Position numbers and translations under genes: made by a program. A stretch of 64,000 nt of DNA, taken from the NCBI GenBank assembly GCA_025558095.1, contig JAIVFI010000012.1, positions 496,001 through 560,000 on the forward strand, read 5' to 3'. Of the stretch, positions 11,823 through 24,299 are shown piece by piece (positions within the stretch are counted from its first letter, which is position 1; every line of letters starts with the position of its first letter). The notes under the pieces are model-generated. The model ran no database searches and was not told the DNA's origin. It saw nothing but the letters and a program-made list of their open reading frames with translations. This DNA is from Hyaloraphidium curvatum SAG 235-1. Taxonomy: Eukaryota; Fungi; Monoblepharomycota.

Positions 11823-13907
11823 TCACATGACCAAGTTGGAAAAGGCGTACTCGATATCGAGCAGGTTGGTGGTGCTGCTGCGCTTGTGGCCGGGAGCGCG
11901 CCCGGGGAACGGCGCCTCGAGCGGAGTGTACTTGGCGGCGTCGTCCGGCTCGCCCATGACCACCTGCAGCTTCTCTTCCGAGTCGTTGCCGCGCGGGGAA
12001 AAGACCACGCGCATCGATCGGCAGAGGTAGAGCCGCCGGCGCGCCGGGCTGGCAAAGTGCAGGTGAATGGCGTAGCGCAGCGGGGGCTTCTTGCCCGCGC
12101 CGGGGCTGAAGGTCGCCGCGCCGTCCGCGGCCTTGGGAACCGCGTACGACTTTTGCCGGAGGAAGGTCTTGGTGCCGGGAGGCATGTCTCGGAAATCGTA
12201 CTGCACGAGGAAGACCTTGATGGCCGTCAGGGAGGGGTTCTTGATGATCTGGATGGAGAGCGCTTAGGATTTTCGACGACGATTGCTCTCGCGGCATCGA
12301 CTCACGATCTGCAGCTGGCCTTTCATCGGAATCCGGTAGCCACAGTGCTCGGCCCCATCCTCCCGCGACATCCGGCTCTCGCGCTGCGCAACCTTCCGCC
12401 CTGCCTCCGTCAGGCCGTCCGCAAAGTCCGAGTTGATGGTGTCCAGGTCGATCACACCAACGTAGGGCGTGATGCTGCGGTCCTGGCCCGGCAGCTCGTA
12501 AAAGTACGCGGGGAAGTTGACGTTGACGTGCGGCGGGCACTTCAGGTGCGGCGGGCACTTGCTGTAGGTTCCGATGACGCCGATCTGGCACTCAAAGACG
12601 ACGGGATGCGAGGGTAGCGCAGACATGCGCCCGGTGAGGAGCGACTCCTCGTACGACCCCACGAGCGTGCCGAAAGGTTCCGAGTTGTAGCCGCCCGCCA
12701 TGGTGGGGGACAGCGGCCACGGCGGGGTCCCCGGAATTGTCCACAGGCGACCGCTGCTCCTCCTGCGCTGCACACCGAACGACTCGGATTCCCGCCGGAA
12801 GCTCCTGAAGCTGGTTGTAGAGAGGCCGTCGCCCGGGACGTCCGGCTCCGGCGACGACAGCGAGGTCGAAAGCCGGCTCAGCGGCTGGCGACCGCGTGAG
12901 CCGAGAGAAAGCCGCGACGGGCTCCGCAGGGGCGCCTCCTCAGGCGAGGCCGACAGGGAAGTCCGTGGGATCGGCATCGGGGAGGAGGCGCGAGGGGGCG
13001 ACAGCGGGATCGAAGGCGGCGATGGGGAGGGTGATGCAAAGAGCGGGGACGGCCGCGGCGGCACGGGGTCCGCGTCGTAGGGGTCGATGTACGAGATTTT
13101 GACCACCTCTGCCGCGGGTTCCGGCGGCGACGGGGCCTCGATGCTCTCGACGCCCCTCGGGTCCGCACCCGCGTCCCACGGCACGCCGGGAACGCTCCAG
13201 GAAGCCTTCAAAGCGGCGTCCGCCAGGTTCCGGGGGTTGGTGTCGAACAGCACGGAAAGGCTCAATTTGCCCAGGCCCGGCACGATGCCCGGTTTGAACC
13301 GGTATGCGCGCAGCTTGCTCGCCACGCTGAACGTCGGGGACGAAGGAAAGCCGACGGACCCGGCAAAGACGTCGTCCGGCCCGATCCTGCCCGGCAGGGC
13401 ATGCGACCCGGGCGACCACACCCGGTAGCCGAGGTCCAGGTCCGCTGCGGCGTGCAGCGGCAGCAGCCGCACGAAGCTGTACAGCGACTGCGTCAGCAGG
13501 ATGAGCTCGCTCCTGTCGACTGCCGCGTGGTGTGCGGCGGACGGGCTCTCTGTGAAGGTGAGCGCCCAGCGCTCGAAGAGGACGGGTGCGGAAGGAGGCA
13601 TGAGCGAGATGTCGATGTAGATGGGCACTGCGGGGTGGACGCCATGGGTGAGGTCGGACGACGGCGAGGAGGGCAGCCGATCCCCACCCGCGAGCTTCCA
13701 GAAGGGGAGCTTGCCGTCGAAGAGGGCGGCCATGTCCGCGACAGCGTCGTCGGGCGAGGGCGGCACGCGGGCGCGGCGGATCACGTCCGCAATCTTGCGC
13801 GTCCACTCGAAGAAGACGGCGACGGCGCCGAGCACCGGCGAGGCGGCGCCCTGGGGGGGTTCCCGGGGAGGAGGGGGGGACACGCGGGGCGGGTTCGGTC
13901 GCAGCAT
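11823..13907 (-). CDS. Atos/FAM214-like protein (DUF4210 plus conserved C-terminal domain)
   Basis: LVGSYEESLLTGRMS, PYVGVIDL, GYRIPMKGQLQI, YDFRDMPPGTKTFLRQK and LRYAIHLHF...LYL...RVVF. Confidence 0.85.
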
Positions 13908-14115
13908 GGCGGAATCCCGCTAGCCGCGGCGCGCGGAGGGCGCCCGGGGCATGCGAGGCACGCCGCGGTCGGAGGGCCGGCCGGAAGAAAACCGGCCGGA
14001 ATAAATGCTGCGGCGGGCACTGTTTCGCGGGAGGGTTGCCGCGGCGGGTTGATCACTCCCCACAGCGATCTCCCCACTGGCCGTCCGACCTCCTTCCGTT
14101 GAGGCAGCGGCCGCG

Positions 14116-14835
14116 ATGGTGCTCGTGCTCGCGATCGGCGATCTGCACATCCCGGCGCGCGCGACCGACCTGCCGCCGAAGTTCAAGAAGCTGCTCGTGC
14201 CGGGTGCGTGGGCCGCGCACGCGCCCGCCCCCGCTGACGCGCCGCAGGCAAGATCCAGTCGGTGCTGTGCACAGGAAACTTGACGGCGCGCGAGACGCTG
14301 GACTTCCTGCGCCACGTGGCGCCCGACGTGTGCGCCGTGCGCGGCGACTTGGACGAGCTGCCGCTGGACCTGCCCGCGACGCGCACAGTGGTCCACGGCC
14401 CGCTGCGCTTCGGCGTCGTGCACGGCCACCAGGTCGTGCCGTGCGGCGACCACGAGGCGCTGGCCGCGCTGGCGCGCCAGATGGACGTGGACGTGCTCGT
14501 GGCCGGCGGCACGCACGCCTTCTCGGCCTACGAGTACGAGGGCCGCTTCTTCGTGAACCCGGGCTCGGCAACGGGCGCATACATCCACCAGCAGCCGGAC
14601 AATGCCGCCGCGGGGGGCGGCACCGCGGGGCTGGGCGCCGACGGCATGTCGCCGACGCCGAGCTTCGTGCTCATGGACCTGCAGGGCCCGGCCATCGTCA
14701 TGTACGTGTACCAGCTGATCAACGGGGAGCTCAAGATCGGTGGGCGTGTACCACGCGTCCGCTGTGGCCCAGATCCGCTGACACCCGCCCCCTGCCGCAG
14801 AGAAAGTGGACTGGACGCTCCGATCACGCGAATGA
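14116..14835 (+). CDS. VPS29: Retromer subunit Vps29, 3 exons
   Basis: [32 protein letters not shown] and [11 protein letters not shown]. Confidence 0.95.
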
Positions 14836-14959
14836 GGGGTCGCACGGACGGGTTGCGCACGGCTACGGACCGCTATCCGCCTCGGGACAGAGGCAATATA
14901 CCCGGAAAATCATGTACGGTCGGGCCAATACCGCGGTCGATTGTGGGTCGCGGTACAGG

Positions 14960-16867
14960 CTAGTCCCAATACTTGATCGTGCCGTCCCAACTGCACGTCG
15001 CGACCTTGGACGTCTCCTGCGGGTGCCACTCGACATCCATGACCACGCCGTCGTGTGCCTTGACCTTTCTGTTTGATCGGGGCGAGCGTCAGCCCCGGTG
15101 CCGGCCCCTCAGCGGCGCGCAACCCACTTGAGGACGCGGCACGTCTTCCAGTCCCAGAACCACACCTTGCCCTCCGAGTCCCCGCTGGCGATGAACCGCC
15201 CGTCGGCGGAGAAGTTGGGCTGGCACGCGTAGCCCGCGACGAGGTGGCCCGCGAAGCGCTTCTTGCGGTTGAGCCGGAAGCGGTCCTTGGCGCTGTACAC
15301 GACGATCTGGTTGTCGAGGGACTGGAAAGCGATGTATTTTTCTGCGGGAAAAACGCGGCGTCAGTTTCCGGCGGCCGCGGCCCGGCACGGAAGACCCACT
15401 GCTGGGGTGGAGGGCGGCGGCGGGCATGCTGTGCATGCTGGGCTCGGCGACGTACTTGATCACGACCGGGATGTCGTACTCCCAGACGCGCATCGTCTTG
15501 TCGTCCGACGTGCTGACGAAGCGGCGGTTCTCGTCGACAAAGGTGATGGTGTTGACCGCGCCCAGGTGCTGGTCGTACTCCTGCACGATGTCGCCCGTGT
15601 TGGTGTCGAACTGGTAGATCTTCTTGTCGGCGCAGCCGGCCAGGAAGATGTTCTGCTTGTCCGCGTCGGGGTTGAAGCGGACGACGTACTGTCTCGAAGC
15701 GTTAGCATCCGATAGAAGGCGTGCGACGAGGCAACCCACCGGGATCTTGAAGTTCGCCGAGAAGCGCGATATGCACTTGCCCGTCTCCGTGTCCCACAGC
15801 TTGGTCCACTTATCGTAGCTGGCCGTGAGGAACCGCGTGCCGTCGTTGTTGAAGGAAATGTCCCGCACCCCCTTGGAGTGCCCGATGAAGGTCCGCAGGA
15901 CCTGGCGCTGGTGGTAGCAGTCCCACAGCTTCACCTTGCCGTCCATGCTGCAGCTCAGCAGCATGTGACCGCTCTTTGGGAAGAAGCGGATGGCGTTGAC
16001 ACCCTTGGTGTGCCCGGTCCTGCCAACACACGGGTGAGCGGTAAAGGGGAACCGACCGCAGAGTGGCACCCACCAAGTGTGTATGACGCGCTTGGGCAGA
16101 AAGCACTCCTGCTGCCCCGGCTCGCCCGACAGGTCGATCCCCAGGTCCTGCGGCACATGCATGTACGTTCGCCCCTGGTAGTCACGCTCCTCCCGCCCGT
16201 GGAACGTCGTCCGCTCCCCGCCCTCCTCGTCGTCGCTCTCGTCCTTCAGCCCCTTCTTCATCGCGGCCGACGCCGCCGCGGCTGCCTCGGCCGCGGCCTG
16301 CTCCTCGGCCGTCAGCCCGTCCTGGGGCAGGCCAATGTCCTCCTCGCCCTCGAAACCCGCCCAGGGCCCGGCAAAGCCCTCCACATTGTCCGCGGTGCCG
16401 CGCTCCTTGCGCTTCAGCGCGCGCGGGTTCGACAGGCCCTTGTCGAACACGTCTGCGCCGTTTGTCGCGGCGGCCCGCGCCACGTCGCCCACGTAGGCGG
16501 CGCGGCCGGTCTCGAGCGCCGACGGGTCCAGGGCGTACTTGAACGAGCGGAACGTGCGCTCCTGCGCCTTGAACAGGTCGTCGTTCATTGTGGCCTCCTG
16601 GAACGAGCCCAGCCAGTGGTTCTTGCCGGGGTCGACCGGCGCGCGGTGCGGGTGCTGCGGGCCGAGCACCGGCCGCGCCAGGTCGGCGTACGGCAGGTTG
16701 TGCGACAGCTGGCGGTCCTGCGCGGCGGCCAGCGGGCCGTGCGCGGCGATGTCCGTGATCGACACGTCGGGCGCCGCCGTCACGCGGAACTTCTTCAGCG
16801 CCGGGCCGTCGGCCGCGCCATCCGAGTCCGCGCCCGAGTCCGAGCCGTATGCCGCGAGGCCCTCCAT
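14960..16867 (-). CDS. CDC40: Pre-mRNA splicing factor Cdc40/Prp17 (WD40)
   Basis: [48 protein letters not shown]; ends IKYWD-stop. Confidence 0.95.
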
Positions 16868-17032
16868 TCTCTGGTTGCCTCCACAGGCCCCTCCTCCTCT
16901 TCCGAGGCACGAGTGTTGTCTTTACTGGATGCAGAACAGAACAGACCGGGCAATTCCCTTGCCACACAGCAACCTCCACGCCGCAAAGCGGAGCCTCCCG
17001 GCAGCCTCCCTCATACCCGCCGAGACGCCGAG

Positions 17033-19020
17033 ATGGGCGTCGGCGAGCAGAATGGCGCCCGCGTGCGCGCGTTCGCCGACTCGTTCTTCGTGCGTGCCGC
17101 GCCGCCCCCACCCGCCCCCCGCTGAGCGCGTCGCAGGGCCCCGACGACAAGGGCCAGGACGTGCTCATCCAGCGCATGCGCGCAGGCAAGCACACGTGCG
17201 AGGAGGTGCTGGCCGTGCTGCAGCAGCGGTGGGCCCAGACGCCCCAAACGGGCCCTACTCCCGCTCATCCCCAACACCCCGGCCAGCGCGACGATCGAGG
17301 AGGACTACGCGCGCAAGCTGCGGAAGCTGTCGAACCTGATCATGGGGCGCGAGGAATCCGGGTGCGCCGGCCCGTTTGGCGCCCCCGTGCCCCCGGGCCT
17401 TACCGTCTCCCTCCCGCCGACGCCCCGGCAGGACGCTCAAGGACTCGCTCGAGGTCGTCAGGAAGGAGCTGGAGGCCACGTCGCGGCAGCGCCTGTCGCT
17501 GTGCGAGACGATGCGGCAGGACCTGGAGAAGAAGCTGGCGGAGCTGATCGTGGGGCAGGCCACGGTCCGCAAGCAGTACCAGACAATCTCGGAAAAGAAC
17601 ATCAAGAACAAGGTGACACAGTCGGCGGTCGTGCTGAAGGCGCGGGAGAGATACGAGGCGCGGTGCCTGGAGCTGCAGCAGCTCATGTCGTCCAGGACCG
17701 GCCTGCCGCCAAAGGAGATTGAAAAGGTCCGCGTCAAGATCGAGGCGGGCCAGGCCGCGGCGAAAAAGGCGGACACGGAGTACCAGCAGGCCGTCGCGAA
17801 GCTCAAGGAGCTGCACACGAAGTGGGAGCAGGAGTGGCGGAACGCGTGCGAGGTGCGGGGTGCTGGGCACGTCGCCCCTGCGGCCTCTGAATCCTGTTCG
17901 CTTTTCAGCAATTCGAGCGGCTGGAGAACGACCGCCTCAACTTCATGCGGGAAAAGCTCTGGGACTACGCCAACATGTACAGCAGCGTCTGCGTGGCGGA
18001 GGACGAGGGCTGCGAGCGGATCCGGGTGTCGCTCGAGAAGCTCAACACCCAGTCCGACATCCAGAGCTTCATCGACAGCAACGCCACGGGCTCGACGGTT
18101 CCCGGTACGGCAAGCCCTTGATTAGTGCTATCTGCCTCCCACTGACCCGCCCCGTCCGCAGCGCCGCTGGGCTACATCAACTTCTATACCCGCACCTCCA
18201 CACCTTACGAGCGGATGGACTCCTTCTCCTCCAACGTCTCGACGCAGCCGTCCGTGCCGAATCTTTCGGCGCAGCTGTCTGCGCTCGAGCTGCAGGGCGG
18301 CGCGCCCCCGGGCCCGGGGATGCCGCGCGGCCGGGAAGGCAGCGCAGACAGCCTGGGCAACCGCCCCACCCAGCCTGCCGCCGCCCCGCCCCCCGCCGCC
18401 TCCTCCTCGAGGACGGACTACAAGATCCCCGTGGGATCGGACCTCCCCCCCGCCGCCGCCCCCGCGGACGCCGGGCCGGCGGGCGGCCAGCTCCCCCGCA
18501 AAACCTCGGTCCGCCGCGCCGCCTCGGTCAAGGCGCCCGGCTCGGCGTCGACCGCCGCCTCGGCGGTGCAGACGCCCGCCGCGGCCTACGGCGGCGCGGG
18601 GCCGCAGCAGGACGCGGCGTCGGAGCTGCAGGACTTTGAGGGCGAGGAGGACATGTACTTTGACTACGACCCGTTCGACCTGTCGCTTAAGAAGCCCATC
18701 ATCTGCTGGGGTGGGCCGCCTCTCTTCGCCGCCCGCAAGCTGGCCTCGCTGACGGAGCACGCCCCCGCAGTACGAGTCAATTACGAATACCATCCGCAGG
18801 CAAAGGAGGAGCTGCACATCCGCAAGGGCATGACCATACCGGTGATACAGCAGCAGGAGGACGGCTGGTGGGAGGGCGAGGTGGAGGAAGCGGACGGGCG
18901 GCGGAGAAGGGGGCTCTTCCCGAGCAATGTGGGTTCCATTTTGCTCCTACCGTGATGGCCTTATGACGAGTCCTTCCGCAGTTTGCGAGCATAATTCCCG
19001 CGCCATCCGTGGCGTTGTAG
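17033..19020 (+). CDS. F-BAR + SH3 protein (Hof1/Cdc15/PSTPIP-like)
   Basis: N-terminal F-BAR (FADSFF..GQDVLIQRM, IEEDYARKLRKL) and C-terminal SH3 (EELHIRKG...DGWWEG...GLFPSN). Confidence 0.85.
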
Positions 19021-19180
19021 GCTTTCCCTCTGGGCGGGGCGCAGCGAACATATCCTTCCACCATGTACAAACTCATCATCTTGGACAATTGAATGGATTT
19101 AGCGTATCGTCGGCCGGAGGGGGCGGGGAGCTGGGAATCACACAATGAAATTCCCAACCCATCTACATCGCGCCCGCGTT

Positions 19181-21265
19181 CTAGTGGTGCGTCGTCGAGG
19201 CGGCCTCGCCGGTCTGGTGTGGTCGGTGGTCCTCGGGCCTGGCACAAGGATGATCAGATCGAGAGGCAAGCTTTAACGCGAAACTTACTTCATCGCCGGG
19301 AACAGCAGAACCTCCTTGAGGTTGTACGAATCCGTCAGCATCATACAGATGCGGTCCACCCCGCAACCCCATCCTCCCGTCGGCGGCAGCCCGTACTCCA
19401 GGCTGGTACAGAAGTTCTCGTCGATCATCTGCGCCTCGTCGTCCCCGGCGTCCTTGTCCTTGGCCTGCTGCGCGAACCGCTCGCGCTGCACGAAGGGGTC
19501 GTTGAGCTCCGTGTAGGCGTTGCAGATCTCCTTGGTCGCGACGAAGAGCTCGAAGCGCTCGCAGAGACCGGCATGAGTGCGGTGGTACTTGGCCAGGGGA
19601 GACATGAACATTGGGTGGTCGGTGATGAAGGTCGGGGAGATGCATTGGACCTCGAGGTACTCTCCGACGAGCTTGTCAAGAAGCCGGGCCGCCGTCCGGG
19701 GCGCCGAGCAGTCGACCTTGTTCTTGACACACAGCTCGTCGAGTTGCTGCAAACGGTCAGGCTCGGCCGAGAAGACAGGCTGCAGTCCCGATTCCCACCT
19801 TCCTAAAGTCGTCGCTCGCGAGCTCCTCCTCCGTTCTCGGGAACTTGACCTTGAGGATCTTCTCCAGCTCGTCCAGCATGCTGATTCTCCGGAACGGCGG
19901 CGTAAAGTCCAGGTCCATCGCCGGGCCCTCGGGGCCGGCCGGGTGATACGTGACCTTGTAGCCCCCGGTGATGTACTTGACCATGCCCGAAATCATGGCC
20001 TCGGTGATGTCCATGAGGTCGTTCACGTCAGCATACGCCATGTAGAACTCGCAGGTCGTGAATTCCGGGTTGTGGGTCAGGTCGATGCCCTCGTTCCGGA
20101 ACTGCCGGCCGACCTCGTAGACGCGGTCGAGGCCGCCGACGACGAGCATCTTCAGGTAGAGTTCCGGGGCAACCCGCATGTACAGGTCCATCTTCAGCTC
20201 GTTGTGGTGAGTGATGAAGGGCTTGGCGGTTGCGCCGCCAGGGATCATGTTCATCATCGGCGTCTCGACCTGCGGAATCGCCCATCAATGCTCGTGCCAC
20301 GAACGTCCCGCACACGGACCCGACCTCCATGAAGCCGAGGTTGTCAAGGAACCGCCGGATGTAGTTGACGACCTTTGACCGCGTGATGAACTTGTTTCGC
20401 ACGTCCGGGTTCATGATCAGGTCCAGATACCGCTGTCGGTAGCGCTGCTCCTGGTCCTTGAACCCGTAGTTTGCCTTGGGCAGCATGTGGAGGCAGGGAG
20501 AAAGGAGCTGGATCGTCTTGGGCAGGATGGAAAGCTCGCCGCGCTTCGACTTCCCCGGGTGCCCCTCGATCCCGACGATGTCGCCTCTCCGGAGGATCTC
20601 GTGCTGCGCCTGGTAGTCTCCCTCGGCATGGTCTGCCTGGCCCAGCACCTGGATCTTCACACCCTCGCCGTGCAGATCGTAGAACTTCAGCTTCTGCCCC
20701 GAGGACCGCATGTTGTGCAGCCTGCCCGCGACGCGGACCACGTCCTGCGAGTGCTCCCCGTCCTTGAGCGCCGAGTACTTGGCGATGTAGTCCTTGAGGG
20801 AAATGGAGACGTCGAACTTGTGCGGGTACGGGTTGGGCGCCATGGTGCTCTTCAACTTGAGGATGGCCTTGGAGCGGTTCTCAAAGTACATCCTCGGGTC
20901 CAGCTCCTCCTCGTTCTCCATGTCCGTCTTGGCAGCACCTTCCTTGGCGGGCTTCTCCGGCGCCGAGGTTGCGGCCTGCCAGGGCCCGGGTCAAATCGGC
21001 TGTCCCACCGAGGTGGCCGAAGAGCTCACCGCCTCCTTCTTGGCGGCCTTGGCCGCGTCCTTCTCGCGCTGCTTCATCCTCTTCTTCAGCTCGCTGGTCG
21101 TGGTGCCTCAGAATCAGGATTCGCTCGGGCGTTGGACTGCTCGCGACCCGACCTCTTCGACACCATCTCTCCGGTCTCCGGATCCTTGAGCAAGTTAACG
21201 CCATCCCCCTTGGCATCGCCCGAAACGCTCATCGCGGCGACGCCGTTCGTTACGGCGGGGTCCAT
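19181..21265 (-). CDS. KRS1: Lysyl-tRNA synthetase (class II)
   Basis: [45 protein letters not shown] and [10 protein letters not shown]. Confidence 0.97.
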
Positions 21266-21509
21266 GCCGCGTCTAGGGACAGGCAGGCGACTGTGCCACG
21301 GGAACTTGTTTTCTTTCAGCGTCGATTCCGCGGACCGCCCGGCACGAGGCTCACAGGTCGAGCGAGGAGCGGAAACGCGTGCGAGGCAACCGAGGCGAAT
21401 AGATTCACCCGGCGGGCACCAATCAGCATGAGCAGCCCGAATCGGGCTCTCGGACCGGCGGGGTGTTGCAGCTCGGCGGGAGCGGGACGGGCGCGCGATC
21501 GATTCGAAT

Positions 21510-22532
21510 CTACACCAGGGCGACGTGCACACCAAGTACAGCTAGACCGTAAGACAACGCTGCCGAAATGCCATTCAGCCTGCCTGTCGCTGGGCTGGGC
21601 CTGTCGTTCACGACGAGCATCGGCGCGGCCTTGGTCTTGAGTGCAAGACACTCCGACGATCGGTCGCCGTGCACCCCACATATGGTTTCCGCGATGAAGT
21701 CCGCGTGATAAGAGACTTTTGTAAATGCAGCATGCGGCAAGCTGCAGTCACCCGCGCCCCAGCTCACGAGGCCGATGAGATATCGCCTTTCCCCATGTTC
21801 GACGAAGCTGGGCCCGCCGCTGTCTCCAAAGCAAGCGGTCGTCTGAGGAGGGTGATCGAATGACTCGCACAACTGGCCAGCGCCTGGGTCCCTCTGCAAC
21901 GCAAGGGTGCATTCGTGTGTAACGTTTCCCGGGGCACAGCCGAGGTAGAACGGCCCTCCTTGAACACCGGGCACCTCCAGGGCATTCATAGGCGTCGTCC
22001 CGTCCATGGAGACCACGTCGTTGTTCTGCCCGAATCCGCAAGTCGTCGAATGAACCCCGATGTCGTCCAAATGATCCGCTGCGTCCATGTTCAGCAGCAT
22101 CTGCGGTTCCTCCAGCGGACTGGCGCTCCGCACGAAAGCAATGTCGTTCTTCGGCACCTTGTCGTCGGTGCGGTAGAAGTTGGGATGAACGTACGTGGCC
22201 GCGGCCGGCTCCAAGACGGAGGTGCGGTTCACGCTCCTCACAATTGTGACGTTGCCCCGCCCGGCGAGGCAGTGGGCCGCCGTAACAATCAGGTCCCTGG
22301 TAATTGCAGTGCCACTGCACGCCATTGCTCCCGCCCGCCCCTTTGCCGGAGCGGTCAGGAGCAGAACGACGCCCAGCGAGGCCGGTGCCGTCGCGGACAC
22401 GGGGCCTCGCAGGTCCGCCGGCCACCCCGCCGCCGCTCCCGCGAACGCCAAAAGGGCGAGCAGCGCGAACGGCGATTTCCATGCGCCGAAGGCATCTCTT
22501 CTCCGCCGTCCCCGTGGCATGTTCACGGTCAT
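21510..22532 (-). CDS. Secreted S1 (trypsin-fold) serine protease with a hydrophobic, possibly GPI-anchor, C-terminus; intronless
   Basis: Signal-like FALLALLAFAGAAA; catalytic triad motifs TAAHC, NDIA and GDSGGP; GLVSWG. Confidence 0.88.
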   Translation of the reverse strand: MTVNMPRGRRRRDAFGAWKSPFALLALLAFAGAAAGWPADLRGPVSATAPASLGVVLLLTAPAKGRAGAMACSGTAITRDLIVTAAHCLAGRGNVTIVRSVNRTSVLEPAAATYVHPNFYRTDDKVPKNDIAFVRSASPLEEPQMLLNMDAADHLDDIGVHSTTCGFGQNNDVVSMDGTTPMNALEVPGVQGGPFYLGCAPGNVTHECTLALQRDPGAGQLCESFDHPPQTTACFGDSGGPSFVEHGERRYLIGLVSWGAGDCSLPHAAFTKVSYHADFIAETICGVHGDRSSECLALKTKAAPMLVVNDRPSPATGRLNGISAALSYGLAVLGVHVALV

Positions 22533-22694
22533 GGTGGACCTGGAGCTTGGCGGGGGATCTGAAAGCACACAAAGGGTCCTCGGGGGACTCATCCCCTACA
22601 CCCCTCGCTGCACGGGCTGGACATATCTATGCCCCCTCTACACCCTACTGCAATTGCTTCAACAGGACAGCAGCTGAACGTAACTCGATGCCAT

Positions 22695-24155
22695 TTAGGC
22701 AGCGATTCCGAGACGCCTGTACACGTCGGCTACCAGGTACAAGCTCCCGCAAAGCACACAGAGCGGCCTGTTTTGCTTGAAGGTGGCCATGGCACGGAGG
22801 CACGCATCCAGGTCCTCGTAGGCGGTCCCGCGCAGCGTTGGTGACACCATCTTTGCCGCCAGCGTAATCTCCGCAGGCGGCGTGTACTTGACCCACGGCA
22901 TCCCTTCCGGAGTAGCAAAGGGCGCGCTGAGGAGCATGTCGTGGGGTCGCAGAAGGGTGCCGAGGATGGCGCCGAGGTCCTTTCCCTGCGTGACACCCAT
23001 CACCCACACAACCCGGCCGTCCGCCTGGCCGCCCGACTGAGCGGCCCGTTCGTCGAGCACCTCGTCGACATACCCCCGCAAAGCTTCGCACGCCTGCTCG
23101 TTGTGCGCTCCGTCAACGAGGACCACGCCGATCTCGGGGTGGTCGATCCACTCCAGACGACCGGGCCAGCGAGTCCGCGAGATGCCGAGCACCACGTCCT
23201 CCGCGGTGAGCTGGAGCCGCGAGTCACTGCTGGCGAGGCCATGGCAATGAACGACCTCGAGGGCCTTGATTGCCGTCGCGACGTTCTCGAGCTGCACGTC
23301 GCCCGGCAGGGGCATCGTAAACTCGACCGGCTCGTCCATGAACGTGTACCTCGCCCGTTTGGGCCGCGGAATGCCCGAAGGTCCCAAAAGATCCGCTACA
23401 TCGGCGTCCTGGACCCATACCGGCAGATCCTGAACCTGAATCACCTCCTCCGCGCCGACCTTCTTGGCGGCCTCGAGCACGACGTCCACGACCTTCTGCC
23501 CACCGAAAAACTGGGGTCCCAGCACGACAGGCTTCCCCGGCTTGATGATCCCGGCCTTTTCGCCCGCGATGAGCTCGACGGTGTTGCCCAGCTGCGCCAT
23601 GTGGTCCATGCCGATGGCCGTAATGACAGAGACCAGGGGGTCGACCACGTTGGTCGCGTCCAAGCGGCCGCCCAGCCCGACTTCGACCACCGCCACATCG
23701 ACACGCTCGTCGGCAAAGCATTCGAACGCCGTGGAGGCGAGGAGCTCGAACTCGGTGCAGCCGGCACCGATCGCCGCGTCCGCGTCTCGCACCTTCGCCG
23801 CCGCGCGGTCAAACGCGGCGCGCGGCACCGGCCGGCCGCCGATGCGCACCGAGTCGGCGGGATGCAGAAGAAAGGGCGAGTTGAACCGGCCCACGCGCGT
23901 CGGGGAAGGCGTGTGCTCTCGCGACAGGACCGCGGACACAAAGGCAGTCACCGACCCCTTGCCGTTCGTGCCGGCCACATGAACGACCGGGTATCGCAGG
24001 TGCGGAGCCTGCAGCGCCTGAAGCAGCCGCTGGATGCGGCCCAACGAAAGGTCCATCGGTTTCTCGGAACTCGAAACTTGAGATCGGCGGGCGGCCAACT
24101 GCCGCAGCGCCTGCCTCGCGACCAGTTCTGCCGCTTCGGCGAAATCTGATCGCAT
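22695..24155 (-). CDS. Dihydrofolate/folylpolyglutamate synthase (FolC family, Fol3-like); intronless
   Basis: HVAGTNGKGS, EVGLGGRLDATN, IAGEKAGIIK, WPGRLE, DGAHN and GSLYLV. Confidence 0.92.
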   Translation of the reverse strand: MRSDFAEAAELVARQALRQLAARRSQVSSSEKPMDLSLGRIQRLLQALQAPHLRYPVVHVAGTNGKGSVTAFVSAVLSREHTPSPTRVGRFNSPFLLHPADSVRIGGRPVPRAAFDRAAAKVRDADAAIGAGCTEFELLASTAFECFADERVDVAVVEVGLGGRLDATNVVDPLVSVITAIGMDHMAQLGNTVELIAGEKAGIIKPGKPVVLGPQFFGGQKVVDVVLEAAKKVGAEEVIQVQDLPVWVQDADVADLLGPSGIPRPKRARYTFMDEPVEFTMPLPGDVQLENVATAIKALEVVHCHGLASSDSRLQLTAEDVVLGISRTRWPGRLEWIDHPEIGVVLVDGAHNEQACEALRGYVDEVLDERAAQSGGQADGRVVWVMGVTQGKDLGAILGTLLRPHDMLLSAPFATPEGMPWVKYTPPAEITLAAKMVSPTLRGTAYEDLDACLRAMATFKQNRPLCVLCGSLYLVADVYRRLGIAA

Positions 24156-24299
24156 TGGCAAATCTCTTTTTCGAATCTTTACATGAACAGCTCGCGCGGA
24201 TGGCAAACCAAAAGAAAGGCACGGTCCGTCCGATGGCAATGAAGTTCAGCTTCCTCCCGCGCGAATGGCAACTCGATCCCGACCGTGAACTCAGCAGCT

